Shown: positions 1 through 8,772, counted from the stretch's first letter. The stretch is 35,166 nucleotides of DNA from Bacteroidota bacterium (GCA_031423735.1 JANPGA010000023.1:1-35166), one strand, 5' to 3'. Numbers and translations are program-made. The notes: generated by a model not told the origin, from the sequence alone.

Positions 1-473
1 TTTAAAAATTTTGGTTTAGGCTCGCCCGAATTATTAGAAGAAGTGGCATTGGAAAACCGAACAAGTGATCTGAAAAGTTCTTCATTTAAAATAATATTAC
101 TAAAATATTCAGACAATAAACTTGATCCTTCTTCAGCTGCATTTCGAGTGCTATCATCTTCATAAACTTCTTTAATAGTTCCTAGCTTACACATTAAATC
201 AGAAAGATCATACTCTAACTCATCCATTGCAAATAATGTGTTCGCTAAAGTTTGTTTACCATTGGGTACAGATTTTATTTTAAAGATCCTTTCATCAGAC
301 AATTTAATTACCGAACTAACAGCATCTCGAATTAATGGAGCATCCACTTTGTTAAATAAAATAGGAGAATTTGAATGCACCAATAATAGGTTTACGGGTG
401 TAGCCGAAAACGAATTAAGCGTGATAGAAATTAGCAATGATGTTGCTAATAGAGTTTTTTTAAGGTAATTCAT
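1..473 (-). CDS. Partial CDS (N-terminal 157 codons; continues past the window start). Secreted M3-family (Dcp/oligopeptidase-like) metallopeptidase, tentative.
   Basis: Not in the ORF track because it has no stop inside the window. My reverse-strand translation from ATG (complement of 471-473) reads MNYLKKTLLATSLLISITLNSFSA (signal peptide) ...TLANTLFAMDELEYDLSDL...STRNAAEEGSSLLSEYFSNIILNEELFRSLV, with no in-frame stop down to position 1. The pattern resembles the N-terminal helical region of M3 peptidases. The HEXXH site would lie outside the window, so the family call is from memory only. Confidence 0.5.
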   Translation of the reverse strand, partial: MNYLKKTLLATSLLISITLNSFSATPVNLLLVHSNSPILFNKVDAPLIRDAVSSVIKLSDERIFKIKSVPNGKQTLANTLFAMDELEYDLSDLMCKLGTIKEVYEDDSTRNAAEEGSSLLSEYFSNIILNEELFRSLVRFSNATSSNNSGEPKPKFL

Positions 474-823
474 TAAGATGGTTGTTATGTAAGGATTAAT
501 AATATGTTGAAAATTTATAGGAGACCATTAAATTTCACAGCGTCGAAATTAGCAAAAAATCAAATGGTGGTTTTGAACTAAAACTTCCCATTAAAATTCA
601 AATTATTTTGCCTTTTACTTGCTTTTGTCACTTTTAGGTGATAAATTGTGGCTATTAACTTCAAGAATAAGACTACCTTTGAGTCGATTTATTACAAAAT
701 TGTTTCATTGTATCTTTTATTCACATACTTAAGTTCTAACTTTGCCCTGTAAATTAGATACGTTTACAAAAATTCATAAAAATATACAGTGCTTAATTCT
801 ATTTTTGATTTAAAGTTACATTC

Positions 824-1894
824 ATGTTAAACATTACATTTGCTTGTATTACTGCATTTATTATCACGTTCGTCGCGATCCCCTCAATAATTCGCGTTTC
901 GGTGATAAAAAATCTTTTCGATGAGCCTAATGAAAGAAAATCACATATTGCTAGTATTCCAACCTTAGGTGGACTTGCCATCTTTGCTGGAGTAGTTTTT
1001 TCCTACACTTTTTGGTCGGCAGGATTGGAAAATACATCAACTCAATATATCATTTCTGCAGTTGTTGTTCTCTTTTTTATAGGTATCAAAGACGATATTG
1101 TTGAACTTACAGCACATAAAAAATTTTATGGGCAAATAATGGCGGCTACCATCATTGTAATGTTTGCTGATATTAGAATTACTAGTCTTTATGGAATTCT
1201 TGGAGTTTATCAAATCCCATATTGGCTTTCAGTAATTGTGACCCTTTTTACTATTCTAACAATTATAAATGCGTTTAATTTAGTAGATGGGATCGACGGT
1301 CTTGCTGGTGGGATCGGAGCAATAGCAGCCTTTACTTTTGGATTATGGTTTTATAACTATAACCAAATTGCACTTTGTATCCTTTCATTCTCTCTATTTA
1401 GTTCATTACTAGCATTTTTAGTTTACAATTTTTCTCCGGCCAATATTTTTATGGGCGACACAGGATCGTTAATTGTTGGATTAATATTAGCTGTTTTAAC
1501 AATCAACTTTATTGAGTTAAGTTTTGATGCACTTCCATATGCTTTTCCTTTTAGATCAAGCCCTGCGATGGCAATAGCAATTTTGATAATTCCTTTGGCC
1601 GATACTCTTCGAATATTTGTTGTTCGGATTTTAAATGGCCGCTCCCCATTTCAGGCGGATAGAAACCATATTCATCATCAATTATTAGACCTTGGCTTAA
1701 GTCACCGTGAAGCTGCTTTAACATTATACTTAGTAAATATTGGCTTCATTCTTACTGCTCTAGCCTTCCGAAACATCTCCAGTTTGAGTCTTTTAATCCT
1801 ACTTATAGGAATGGCGATATTTTTAGGAACAGTTCCAACTATTATTCGCTACTTCAATAAATCGAAGGTAGTAAACATCAAAATCAGCAAATAA
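824..1894 (+). CDS. MraY/WecA-family (GT4) polyprenyl-phosphate N-acetylhexosamine-1-phosphate transferase, copy 1
   Basis: 356-aa polytopic membrane ORF with an ATG start. Family motifs present: NAFNLVDGIDGLAGG, FMGDTGSLIVG, and IKDD in an early cytoplasmic loop. Confidence 0.88.
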   Translation: MLNITFACITAFIITFVAIPSIIRVSVIKNLFDEPNERKSHIASIPTLGGLAIFAGVVFSYTFWSAGLENTSTQYIISAVVVLFFIGIKDDIVELTAHKKFYGQIMAATIIVMFADIRITSLYGILGVYQIPYWLSVIVTLFTILTIINAFNLVDGIDGLAGGIGAIAAFTFGLWFYNYNQIALCILSFSLFSSLLAFLVYNFSPANIFMGDTGSLIVGLILAVLTINFIELSFDALPYAFPFRSSPAMAIAILIIPLADTLRIFVVRILNGRSPFQADRNHIHHQLLDLGLSHREAALTLYLVNIGFILTALAFRNISSLSLLILLIGMAIFLGTVPTIIRYFNKSKVVNIKISK

Positions 1895-2241
1895 TCGATT
1901 TCTTCATATCCGATTCATGCACTTTCGCTGATTCTTAGTACTTTTACAAACCTGCAAGTAGGTGAGAGGTCCCTTTACAGTTCTTTATCTGCTTCAGAAA
2001 TCAACAATTTCTCATAGGAATTACTGTATTTCTTACAGTAAATTTTTTCTATTTCTTAATAAAAAGAGATAGAAAAGCAATGCATTTGTAACTCACACGT
2101 TCTATCTTACGTAGAGGTTGAGTTATGAAAAAACTACGTTTGAAACATTTAATAGGATGGTAACTCCTCCTCAATCATTTAGTTATTTTTAACAAATTGA
2201 AAATGTAACATTCGCATGTAAACCAGTATTAAAACTAAAGA

Positions 2242-3948
2242 ATGAAATTAACACGTAAAATTTATCTGCTCGCAATGTGTGGGTTTCTGGCTGCCACTCC
2301 TTTGCTTGCCCAATCACCAAATCCTCCAATTAGCACTACTTCAACTTCGGTTGAAACATATGATCCAATTGTTGCCGCACTTGATAGTTTGGTTACTTTA
2401 AATCATGTTGTACGTTATAATGGACTGGAGGCTAATTGTTTCGATTCGCCAAATGGTAAATGTACAACTGGGCCTAGCTTCAGTGATCAAGTATATGCTG
2501 ATCGAATCAACAAAATTAATTCACCAATTCCACTTTCTTTTAATCCTTATGTTAAAGGCTTTATTGATCTATATGCCAACCGTAAACGAGGGTTAACGCA
2601 ACGTGCGATGGGTCTTTCAAATCTTTATTTTCCAATGTATGAGGAAGTAATGGATCGTGAAGGTATTCCATTGGAATTTAAATATTTATCTATTGTTGAG
2701 TCGGCGCTTAACCCAATTGCTGTTTCTCGTGTTGGTGCTACAGGTTTATGGCAGTTTATGTATAACACTGGTGTGATGTATGATTTAAAAGTTAATTCTT
2801 TTACTGATGATCGTCGTGATCCATACAAGGCAACAGTAGCTGCATGTCAGTATTTTAAGGATATGTATAAAATTTATGGCGACTGGTTATTGGTTATTGC
2901 ATCTTATAACTGTGGCGCTGGTAATGTGAATAAGGCGATTAAAAGATCAGGAGGAAAAACAAACTTTTGGGAAATTATGCCTTATTTACCTGCTGAAACA
3001 CGTGGCTATGTTCCGGCATTTATTGCTGTAACTTACGTTATGAATTATTCACGTGAGCATAATTTATATCCAATTGCTCCAGCTTATTCTTATTTTGAAG
3101 TAGATACTATCCATGTAAATGATCAAGTATCTTTTTCTGCATTATCTAATCAGCTAGATCTGCCTTTGGATGTGATTTCGTTCTTGAATCCAATTTACAA
3201 ACGCAATCAAATACCTGGCAATAACGCATATTCTTTACGTCTACCATCGAAATACATTTCACAATTCATGGCAAAAGAAGGTGAAATTTATACTCAGTCA
3301 AACTCAGGTCCTAAGCCAATTTTACCTGATTACTATAATCGTAAAAGTGCTAATGATGATCTACTTGCTGACTCAGAAAGCGGAGATTCAGGAATTAAAT
3401 ATGCAACATCTACTAAGCGAGTTAAGAAAACTCATATTGTAAAAAGAGGTGAAACATTAGCCTCAATTGCAGATCGTTATGATTGTAGCACTAAGGAACT
3501 TAAGAAAACTAACCGATTACGTTCTACTAAAGTTAAATCAGGTCAGCGTTTGCAAGTATTTGCTTATGTTAAGACTAAAACTTTGGTGAAATCATCTATA
3601 GCTAGTAGTTCTGCTAAAAAGGATTCAGGCTTAACTGCAAGTATGTCAACTAAAAAGGATTCGGGCCAAACAACTATTGTTGATGCAAAGGCTAAATCTG
3701 ACTCCACACAGGAAATAGTTAAAGATGCTGACGACACAACGCAACAAACTACTGCATCTACTATAAAACCATCTACTAAAGACAGAAGTCAAAAGTATAT
3801 TTATCATTTAGTTCAGCCAGGAGATACTCTTTGGAATATCGCTAAACGCTATGAAGGCCTTACTGTTGAGATGATAAAAGATATGAATAACCTTCATAAT
3901 GCCAATTTAAAACCTGGTACCCGATTAAAGGTTATTATTAATAGTTAA
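2242..3948 (+). CDS. MltD-like lytic murein transglycosylase (SLT domain) with two C-terminal LysM domains
   Basis: Signal peptide MKLTRKIYLLAMCGFLAATPLLAQ. SLT catalytic region SIVESALNPIAVSRVGATGLWQFM...IASYNCGAGNV. Two LysM units (HIVKRGETLASIADRYDCSTKELKKTNRL...GQRLQV and YHLVQPGDTLWNIAKRYEGLTVEMIKDMNNL...GTRLKV) are separated by a Ser/Thr/Lys-rich linker. Confidence 0.9.
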   Translation: MKLTRKIYLLAMCGFLAATPLLAQSPNPPISTTSTSVETYDPIVAALDSLVTLNHVVRYNGLEANCFDSPNGKCTTGPSFSDQVYADRINKINSPIPLSFNPYVKGFIDLYANRKRGLTQRAMGLSNLYFPMYEEVMDREGIPLEFKYLSIVESALNPIAVSRVGATGLWQFMYNTGVMYDLKVNSFTDDRRDPYKATVAACQYFKDMYKIYGDWLLVIASYNCGAGNVNKAIKRSGGKTNFWEIMPYLPAETRGYVPAFIAVTYVMNYSREHNLYPIAPAYSYFEVDTIHVNDQVSFSALSNQLDLPLDVISFLNPIYKRNQIPGNNAYSLRLPSKYISQFMAKEGEIYTQSNSGPKPILPDYYNRKSANDDLLADSESGDSGIKYATSTKRVKKTHIVKRGETLASIADRYDCSTKELKKTNRLRSTKVKSGQRLQVFAYVKTKTLVKSSIASSSAKKDSGLTASMSTKKDSGQTTIVDAKAKSDSTQEIVKDADDTTQQTTASTIKPSTKDRSQKYIYHLVQPGDTLWNIAKRYEGLTVEMIKDMNNLHNANLKPGTRLKVIINS

Positions 3949-3986
3949 TTGAATAGTAGAATATTCGGTTTTTTTTGAAAAAAAAC

Positions 3987-3994
3987 TATCTTTG
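3987..3994 (+). promoter_or_regulatory. Candidate Bacteroidota -7 promoter box (TAnnTTTG) for tRNA-Gln
   Basis: TATCTTTG matches the TAnnTTTG consensus exactly and ends 19 nt upstream of the mature tRNA 5' end. No clean TTTG -33 element at canonical spacing, hence low confidence. Confidence 0.3.
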
Positions 3995-4012
3995 CACCCG
4001 CTCAGAATAAAT

Positions 4013-4083
4013 TGACCGATGGTGTAATGGCAACACTACAGATTTTGATTCTGTCATTCAAGGTTCGAATCCTTGTCGGTCAA
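4013..4083 (+). tRNA. tRNA-Gln (anticodon TTG), CCA not encoded
   Basis: Cloverleaf folded by hand. Acceptor tgaccga/tcggtca; D arm gtgt-aatggca-acac; anticodon stem acaga/tctgt with loop ttTTGat; variable loop catt; T arm caagg-ttcgaat-ccttg; discriminator a. Confidence 0.9.
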
Positions 4084-4095
4084 CATAAATAGCTC

Positions 4096-4156
4096 CCCTG
4101 AAGTAGAGTGCAAAAACCCTGAAGTAGAGTGCAAAAACCCTGAAGTAGAGTGCAAA
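4096..4156 (+). repeat. Direct tandem repeat: 21-bp unit CCCTGAAGTAGAGTGCAAAAA, 2 full copies plus a 19-bp third copy
   Basis: Copies at 4096-4116, 4117-4137 and 4138-4156 are identical over the shared length. The third copy runs into the terminator hairpin. Confidence 0.95.
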
Positions 4157-4179
4157 TGCACACACTTCAGGGTTTTTTT
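4138..4179 (+). terminator. Rho-independent terminator downstream of tRNA-Gln
   Basis: ccctgaagt (4138-4146) pairs with acttcaggg (4164-4172). An inner gtgca/tgcac helix adds to the stem, and a T7 run follows (4173-4179). Confidence 0.75.
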
Positions 4180-4192
4180 ATGCTTATATATT

Positions 4193-4735
4193 ATGGATTC
4201 TAAAATTTATCTCTTCAAATCGAAACGTTTGGGATTTAGAAATTGGTTGGACACTGATATTGAATTAATGTCATCAATAAATGCTGATCCAAAGGTGATG
4301 GAATTTTTTCCAAGCATTTCTTCTAAAGAAAAAACAATTGCATTTATTGAACGAATGCAACTACAATTTTCGGAAAAGGGATTTTGTTATTTTGCTGTAG
4401 ACAAATTAGAGAATGAAGAGTTTATTGGTTTTATTGGATTATCTGAGCAAACATTCGAATCATCATTTACACCTTGCATCGACATTGGTTGGAGACTTGC
4501 ATCAACTGAATGGAATAAAGGATATGCAACTGAAGGTGCAAAAAAATGTTTAGATTATGCTTTCAATATTTTAAAAATAACTACGGTAAATTCTATTGCT
4601 CCAATTGTTAATTTGAAGTCACAAATGATAATGGAAAAAATTGGGATGAAAAAACGATTTGAATTTAAACATCCATTGTTATTACAAGATGAAAGATTGC
4701 AAGATTGTATTTTGTATGAGATAGCGAATTTTTAA
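4193..4735 (+). CDS. GNAT-family N-acetyltransferase (RimJ/RimL-like, Acetyltransf_3 type)
   Basis: The track ORF 4073..4735 starts at a TTG inside the tRNA and reads through the repeat and terminator. The in-frame ATG at 4193 (MDSKIYLFKSKRLGFRNW...) gives a 180-aa product with typical GNAT features: FIGFIGL, WNKGYATEGAKKCLDYAF. Confidence 0.85.
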   Translation: MDSKIYLFKSKRLGFRNWLDTDIELMSSINADPKVMEFFPSISSKEKTIAFIERMQLQFSEKGFCYFAVDKLENEEFIGFIGLSEQTFESSFTPCIDIGWRLASTEWNKGYATEGAKKCLDYAFNILKITTVNSIAPIVNLKSQMIMEKIGMKKRFEFKHPLLLQDERLQDCILYEIANF

Positions 4736-4736
4736 T

Positions 4737-4756
4737 AAGAATATAATTGTATTCTT
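4737..4756. terminator. Possible bidirectional hairpin between the convergent GNAT and tag genes
   Basis: aagaata-taattg-tattctt (7-bp stem), followed by a T-rich tract on the plus strand. The stem is AT-rich, so weak. Confidence 0.3.
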
Positions 4757-5315
4757 ATTTTGATTTTTTAAACATCGGCTTTTGCTTTAACACTTTTTTA
4801 TAAACCGGACAATCTTCAACATGTGCCCCAGGAAGATAACCTGTACTCATTAAAAATTCGTTAACGATTTCTCCTCCTGTAAAACGAAACGTTTTTTTAA
4901 ATACCTTAACCCATTCTTCTTTTGTTAATGGATGATGATGGTCGATCCAATTTTTAAAAGAACCATATTCCTTTTGAAGAACCTTCACTGCTTTAGCATT
5001 TTCAATTGCTGCATCAACCTTTAATCGATTACGAATTATTCCAGCATCATTGAGCAATCGTGTTCGATCTTTTTCTCCATATTTTGCAATTCGATCAATA
5101 TCAAATTGGTGATATGCATTAAAGAAATTATCTTTCTTATTGAGGATTGTTGTCCATGATAATCCTGCTTGATTTATCTCTAAAATTAATCTAGCAAAAA
5201 GTTGATGATCATCTACTATTGGAAATCCATATTCTTTATCATGATAATGACGATGCACATTATCTTTTTCGGCACTTGATGCAAAATCGCAATAAGATTT
5301 AAAAACTGGTTTCAT
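4755..5315 (-). CDS. tag: DNA-3-methyladenine glycosylase I
   Basis: 186 aa. HRHYHDKEYGFPIVDDHQLFARLILEINQAGLSWTTILNKKDNF is the Adenine_glyco (Tag) signature region. C-terminal ...GAHVEDCPVY fits the Zn-snap motif region. Confidence 0.9.
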   Translation of the reverse strand: MKPVFKSYCDFASSAEKDNVHRHYHDKEYGFPIVDDHQLFARLILEINQAGLSWTTILNKKDNFFNAYHQFDIDRIAKYGEKDRTRLLNDAGIIRNRLKVDAAIENAKAVKVLQKEYGSFKNWIDHHHPLTKEEWVKVFKKTFRFTGGEIVNEFLMSTGYLPGAHVEDCPVYKKVLKQKPMFKKSK

Positions 5316-5331
5316 ACTTCATTTTTTTTAA

Positions 5332-6042
5332 TTACAACATTGGGATTTCAATTATTAAAAGTTTTGAATTTGATACTGCCTTTATTTCAAGATTCATTGT
5401 TTCTGAAATAGCAATTGCATCTCTTGTATTTAACCTTTCCCCATCAATTACAACTTCTCCTTCCAAAACAAATAAATAAACTCCATTCGTTTCTAAATGC
5501 AAATCATATTGCAATAATTTTTCAGCGTCTAGATCTATCAATACAATCCAAGCATCTTGATTAATCCAAACTGAATCGGTATCTTTTTCGGGACTAACTA
5601 CTACTTGAAATTTATTTTTTCTTTCGGCTACATCAAAAGTTTTTTGTTCATAGCGAGGTTTAATACCATCCACTTTTGGAAAAATCCATATTTGCAAGAA
5701 GTTTACTGGTTCTGTAGTTGATGCATTCATTTCTGAATGTGTGATGCCAAGTCCCGCACTCATAATTTGTACATCACCGGCATTAATGATTTCATTTCTT
5801 CCTGTATCATCACTGTGCTTTAAGGCTCCGCTTAATGGTATCGAAATAATTTCCATATTCTCATGAGGATGTGCGCCAAAACCTCTTCCTGCTGCTACAA
5901 CATCATCATTTAATACTCTTAATACTCCAAAATTATTTCGTGAAGGGTTATGATATCCAGCAAAGCTAAAACTGTGAAAACTATTTAACCACCCATGATC
6001 AGCATGGCCTCTACTATTGTTTAAGTGAATCGCTTTTTTCAT
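5332..6042 (-). CDS. Pirin-family cupin protein (YhhW/quercetinase-like)
   Basis: 236 aa. GFGAHPHENMEIISIPLSGALKHSDDTG and ...MSAGLGITHSE are pirin metal-site motifs. Sits 16 nt upstream of tag on the same strand. Confidence 0.9.
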   Translation of the reverse strand: MKKAIHLNNSRGHADHGWLNSFHSFSFAGYHNPSRNNFGVLRVLNDDVVAAGRGFGAHPHENMEIISIPLSGALKHSDDTGRNEIINAGDVQIMSAGLGITHSEMNASTTEPVNFLQIWIFPKVDGIKPRYEQKTFDVAERKNKFQVVVSPEKDTDSVWINQDAWIVLIDLDAEKLLQYDLHLETNGVYLFVLEGEVVIDGERLNTRDAIAISETMNLEIKAVSNSKLLIIEIPML

Positions 6043-6088
6043 ATATTTCTAAAGTAAATTGAAAATTTTATTGTAATTTAAAATTAAC

Positions 6089-6538
6089 TTATCCTCTCAT
6101 TTTATCTAAAATGCGATTAAGTTCTTGAGCTTCATTCTTGGGAATAGTCTTAAACTGTTTTACCCATTCTTCTGAATGAATGTCTATTTCTGCTAAAAGA
6201 TCTATGCCTTTTTGAGTAATTAAAATATCAACTTGCCTACGATTGGTTTTGCAAATATCACGCTTAAGCAATCCTTTTTGTCGAAGCTTTTCAACTAATC
6301 TGGTTGAATTAGAATTTCGATCGACCATTCTTTCGCTAATATCAGTTAGTCGGGTAGGTTCCTTTTGTGCTCCTCTTAAAATACGTAAAACATTAAATTG
6401 TTGAGGAGAAATTCCAAATGGCTTCAACGTTTGAATATGAAGTGCGTCAATCCAGCTAGCTGTATAAAGAATGTTTACCGCTAATTTCTCATATTCATTA
6501 TTGAACTTCTTTTGCTTTATTGCATCTTCGATTGTCAT
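6089..6538 (-). CDS. MarR-family transcriptional regulator
   Basis: Winged-helix region LTDISERMVDRNSNSTRLVEKLRQKGLLKRD...DRRQV-like (NRRQVDILIT). The track start at 6574 is a TTG and would put the upstream palindrome inside the ORF. I prefer the ATG at 6538 (MTIEDAIKQKK...). Confidence 0.85.
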   Translation of the reverse strand: MTIEDAIKQKKFNNEYEKLAVNILYTASWIDALHIQTLKPFGISPQQFNVLRILRGAQKEPTRLTDISERMVDRNSNSTRLVEKLRQKGLLKRDICKTNRRQVDILITQKGIDLLAEIDIHSEEWVKQFKTIPKNEAQELNRILDKMRG

Positions 6539-6545
6539 ACTACAA

Positions 6546-6570
6546 ATATACAAAATCAATTGTTGTATAT
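6546..6570. promoter_or_regulatory. Candidate MarR operator (inverted repeat ATATACAA-N9-TTGTATAT)
   Basis: Perfect 8-bp arms (6546-6553 and 6563-6570), 8 nt upstream of the preferred marR start codon. MarR proteins typically autoregulate through such palindromes. Confidence 0.35.
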
Positions 6571-6775
6571 ACAAGTTTAGGTCGATTAAAAAATTTCACT
6601 GATTCGCTAATATGAAGAAACTTTATTGGATAATTTAAAAAACATTCTTATTCGTGCATAAAACTAAATTCAAAATGAAAAAATAAATTTCTGATTACAG
6701 GATTAAATTCATGAAATTAAAATTCTTTGATGATATTCCGATTGAAACTATCTTTATCCTTTATTAATTTCTTCT

Positions 6776-7945
6776 ATGCCATTATATAACGGAAACATCA
6801 AAAGTAAATTACCGAAAGTAGGAACTACCATTTTTGCAATCATGTCGGGATTAGCTACTGAAGTTGGAGCAATAAACTTAAGCCAAGGATTCCCTGGGTT
6901 TGATGTTGCGCCGGAGCTTATTAGTTTGGTAGATAAATACATGAAAAAAGGATTAAACCAGTATGCGCCAATGCCTGGTGTTCCACTTTTAAGAGAGCGA
7001 TTAGCTGAAAAGATGGAGAAATTGTATTCTATTCGATACAATCCTGATACAGAAATTACTATCACAGCAGGTGGAACGCAGGCTTTATATGCCGCCATAA
7101 CTGCCTTTATAAGCGAAGGAGACGAAGTGATCATCTTCGAGCCTTGTTATGATAGTTATGTACCCGCCATTGAATTAGCAGGAGGAATTCCAATACATGT
7201 TCATCTACAGCCACCGGCGTATGGCATTGATTGGGAAGAGGTGAAAAAATTGATTAACCACAACACGAGGATGATCATGATCAATACTCCACAGAATCCT
7301 ACTGGAACAATTTTAAATGCTGATGACCTTTTACAACTAGAAAAAATTACAGAAGGTTCAGATATTATCGTTTTAAGTGATGAAGTTTACGAACATATTA
7401 TTTTTGATGGAAATGAACATCAAAGTGTAGCTCGCTTTCCAAAACTTGCTGATCGCAGTTTAATAGTTTTTTCATTTGGAAAAACATTTCATGCTACAGG
7501 ATGGAAAAGCGGTTATTGTATTGGTCCAGAAAATTTAATGAAAGAGTTTAGAAAAGTACATCAGTTTATTGTTTTTTCAGTAAATACTCCACTGCAACAT
7601 GCTTTGGCAGAATATTTATCGAATGAAAATAATTATTTAGGTTTAAATAATTTTTATCAAGAAAAGCGAGATTACTTTCAGAAACTGGTAAAAGGATCTG
7701 AGTTTAAAATACTGCCTTGCTATGGATCCTATTTTCAATTGTTGGATTATTCTTCAATTACAGATGAAAAGGATACAGAATATGCAATACGATTAACAAA
7801 AGAAAATGGTGTTGCATCAATTCCTGTTTCCGTTTTTTATAATGAACCTATTGATCATAAACTTTTGAGATTTTGTTTTGCTAAAGAAAACGATCAACTA
7901 GAAAAAGCTGCTGAATATTTACACAAAATAAAACCATCTTATTAA
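6776..7945 (+). CDS. Class I/II PLP aminotransferase, methionine/glutamine (YbdL / kynurenine-aminotransferase-like) type
   Basis: 389 aa. NLSQGFPGFD, NTPQNPTG, and SFGKTFHATGWKSGY (PLP-lysine motif) match the YbdL/KAT subgroup. Confidence 0.88.
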   Translation: MPLYNGNIKSKLPKVGTTIFAIMSGLATEVGAINLSQGFPGFDVAPELISLVDKYMKKGLNQYAPMPGVPLLRERLAEKMEKLYSIRYNPDTEITITAGGTQALYAAITAFISEGDEVIIFEPCYDSYVPAIELAGGIPIHVHLQPPAYGIDWEEVKKLINHNTRMIMINTPQNPTGTILNADDLLQLEKITEGSDIIVLSDEVYEHIIFDGNEHQSVARFPKLADRSLIVFSFGKTFHATGWKSGYCIGPENLMKEFRKVHQFIVFSVNTPLQHALAEYLSNENNYLGLNNFYQEKRDYFQKLVKGSEFKILPCYGSYFQLLDYSSITDEKDTEYAIRLTKENGVASIPVSVFYNEPIDHKLLRFCFAKENDQLEKAAEYLHKIKPSY

Positions 7946-7954
7946 TTAATCATT

Positions 7955-8761
7955 ATGGGAAAAGATTTACGTGTTACTACACTTCAAACAACACTTTTTT
8001 GGGAAGATCCAGTAAAGAATATAAGAAAATTAAATAGGCAACTTAAACCTATACAACGGAATTCGTCGGATGTAATTGTTTTGCCAGAAATGTTTAATAC
8101 TGGTTTCACCATGAATGCAGAAAAAGTTGCAGAACTTGAGGGTGGATTTACAATGCAGTGGATGAGTGAAATTTCATCTTCTCTAAATTCATCGATTTGT
8201 GGAAGCTTAATCATCAAAGAAAAAAAGAAGTTTTATAATCGCTTTATCTGGATGAATCCAAATGGAAGTTATCAAAATTATGATAAACGCCATTTATTTA
8301 GAATGGGTGGTGAGGATAAAATTTTTACAGCTGGAAAAGAAAGTGTAGTAATTGAGTGTAATGGATGGGTAATTTGTCCACAGGTTTGTTATGACTTAAG
8401 ATTTCCAGTTTGGAGTAGGAACAGAATGGAGCGAGATGGTAAAAAAATAATTTTTGATTACGATGTTTTACTTTATGTTGCAAGTTGGCCTGCTGTTAGA
8501 AAATTTGCATGGCAACAATTATTGATTGCCAGAGCGATCGAAAATCAATCTTATTTAATCGGAGTAAATCGAATTGGTAAAGATGGATTAGGTTCAACTT
8601 ATGAAGGAGGAACAACAATATTAAACCCATTTGGTGAAAAGATAAACAAGGCCACCAATAAAAAAGTTCTTGAAACTATTACTCTATCAATGAAAAATTT
8701 ACAGGAAATAAGAAAAAAATTCCCAGTTTTTTATGACGCAGATAATTTTAAATTAATTTAA
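7955..8761 (+). CDS. Carbon-nitrogen hydrolase (nitrilase superfamily), omega-amidase YafV/Nit2-like
   Basis: 268 aa. Glu-Lys-Cys triad contexts VLPEMFNTGF, YDKRHLF and ICPQVCYDLRFP. Lies 9 nt downstream of the aminotransferase. Confidence 0.85.
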   Translation: MGKDLRVTTLQTTLFWEDPVKNIRKLNRQLKPIQRNSSDVIVLPEMFNTGFTMNAEKVAELEGGFTMQWMSEISSSLNSSICGSLIIKEKKKFYNRFIWMNPNGSYQNYDKRHLFRMGGEDKIFTAGKESVVIECNGWVICPQVCYDLRFPVWSRNRMERDGKKIIFDYDVLLYVASWPAVRKFAWQQLLIARAIENQSYLIGVNRIGKDGLGSTYEGGTTILNPFGEKINKATNKKVLETITLSMKNLQEIRKKFPVFYDADNFKLI

Positions 8762-8772
8762 TTAATTGAAGT

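Noticed and set aside
238-468. 76-aa plus-strand ORF from the track
   Set aside because: It starts at GTG, has no recognisable motif and lies entirely antisense to a longer open frame (1..473, minus) that has a signal peptide and peptidase-like sequence. Treated as a shadow ORF.
3968-3986. G-T8-G-A8-C inverted repeat after the lytic transglycosylase gene as a terminator
   Set aside because: The stem would be purely A-U and is not followed by a distinct U-tract. It is too weak to call.
4096-4156. Possible CRISPR array
   Set aside because: The 21-bp units are directly abutting with no spacers, there are only three copies, and no cas genes are in the window.
4073-4192. N-terminal 40 codons of track ORF 4073..4735 (MSVNINSSPEVECKNPEVECKNPEVECK...)
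   Set aside because: It begins at a TTG inside the tRNA-Gln gene and translates the 21-bp tandem repeat and the terminator hairpin. The GNAT domain starts cleanly at the ATG at 4193.
6754-7134. 126-aa minus-strand ORF
   Set aside because: It is antisense to the well-supported aminotransferase gene and has no motifs.
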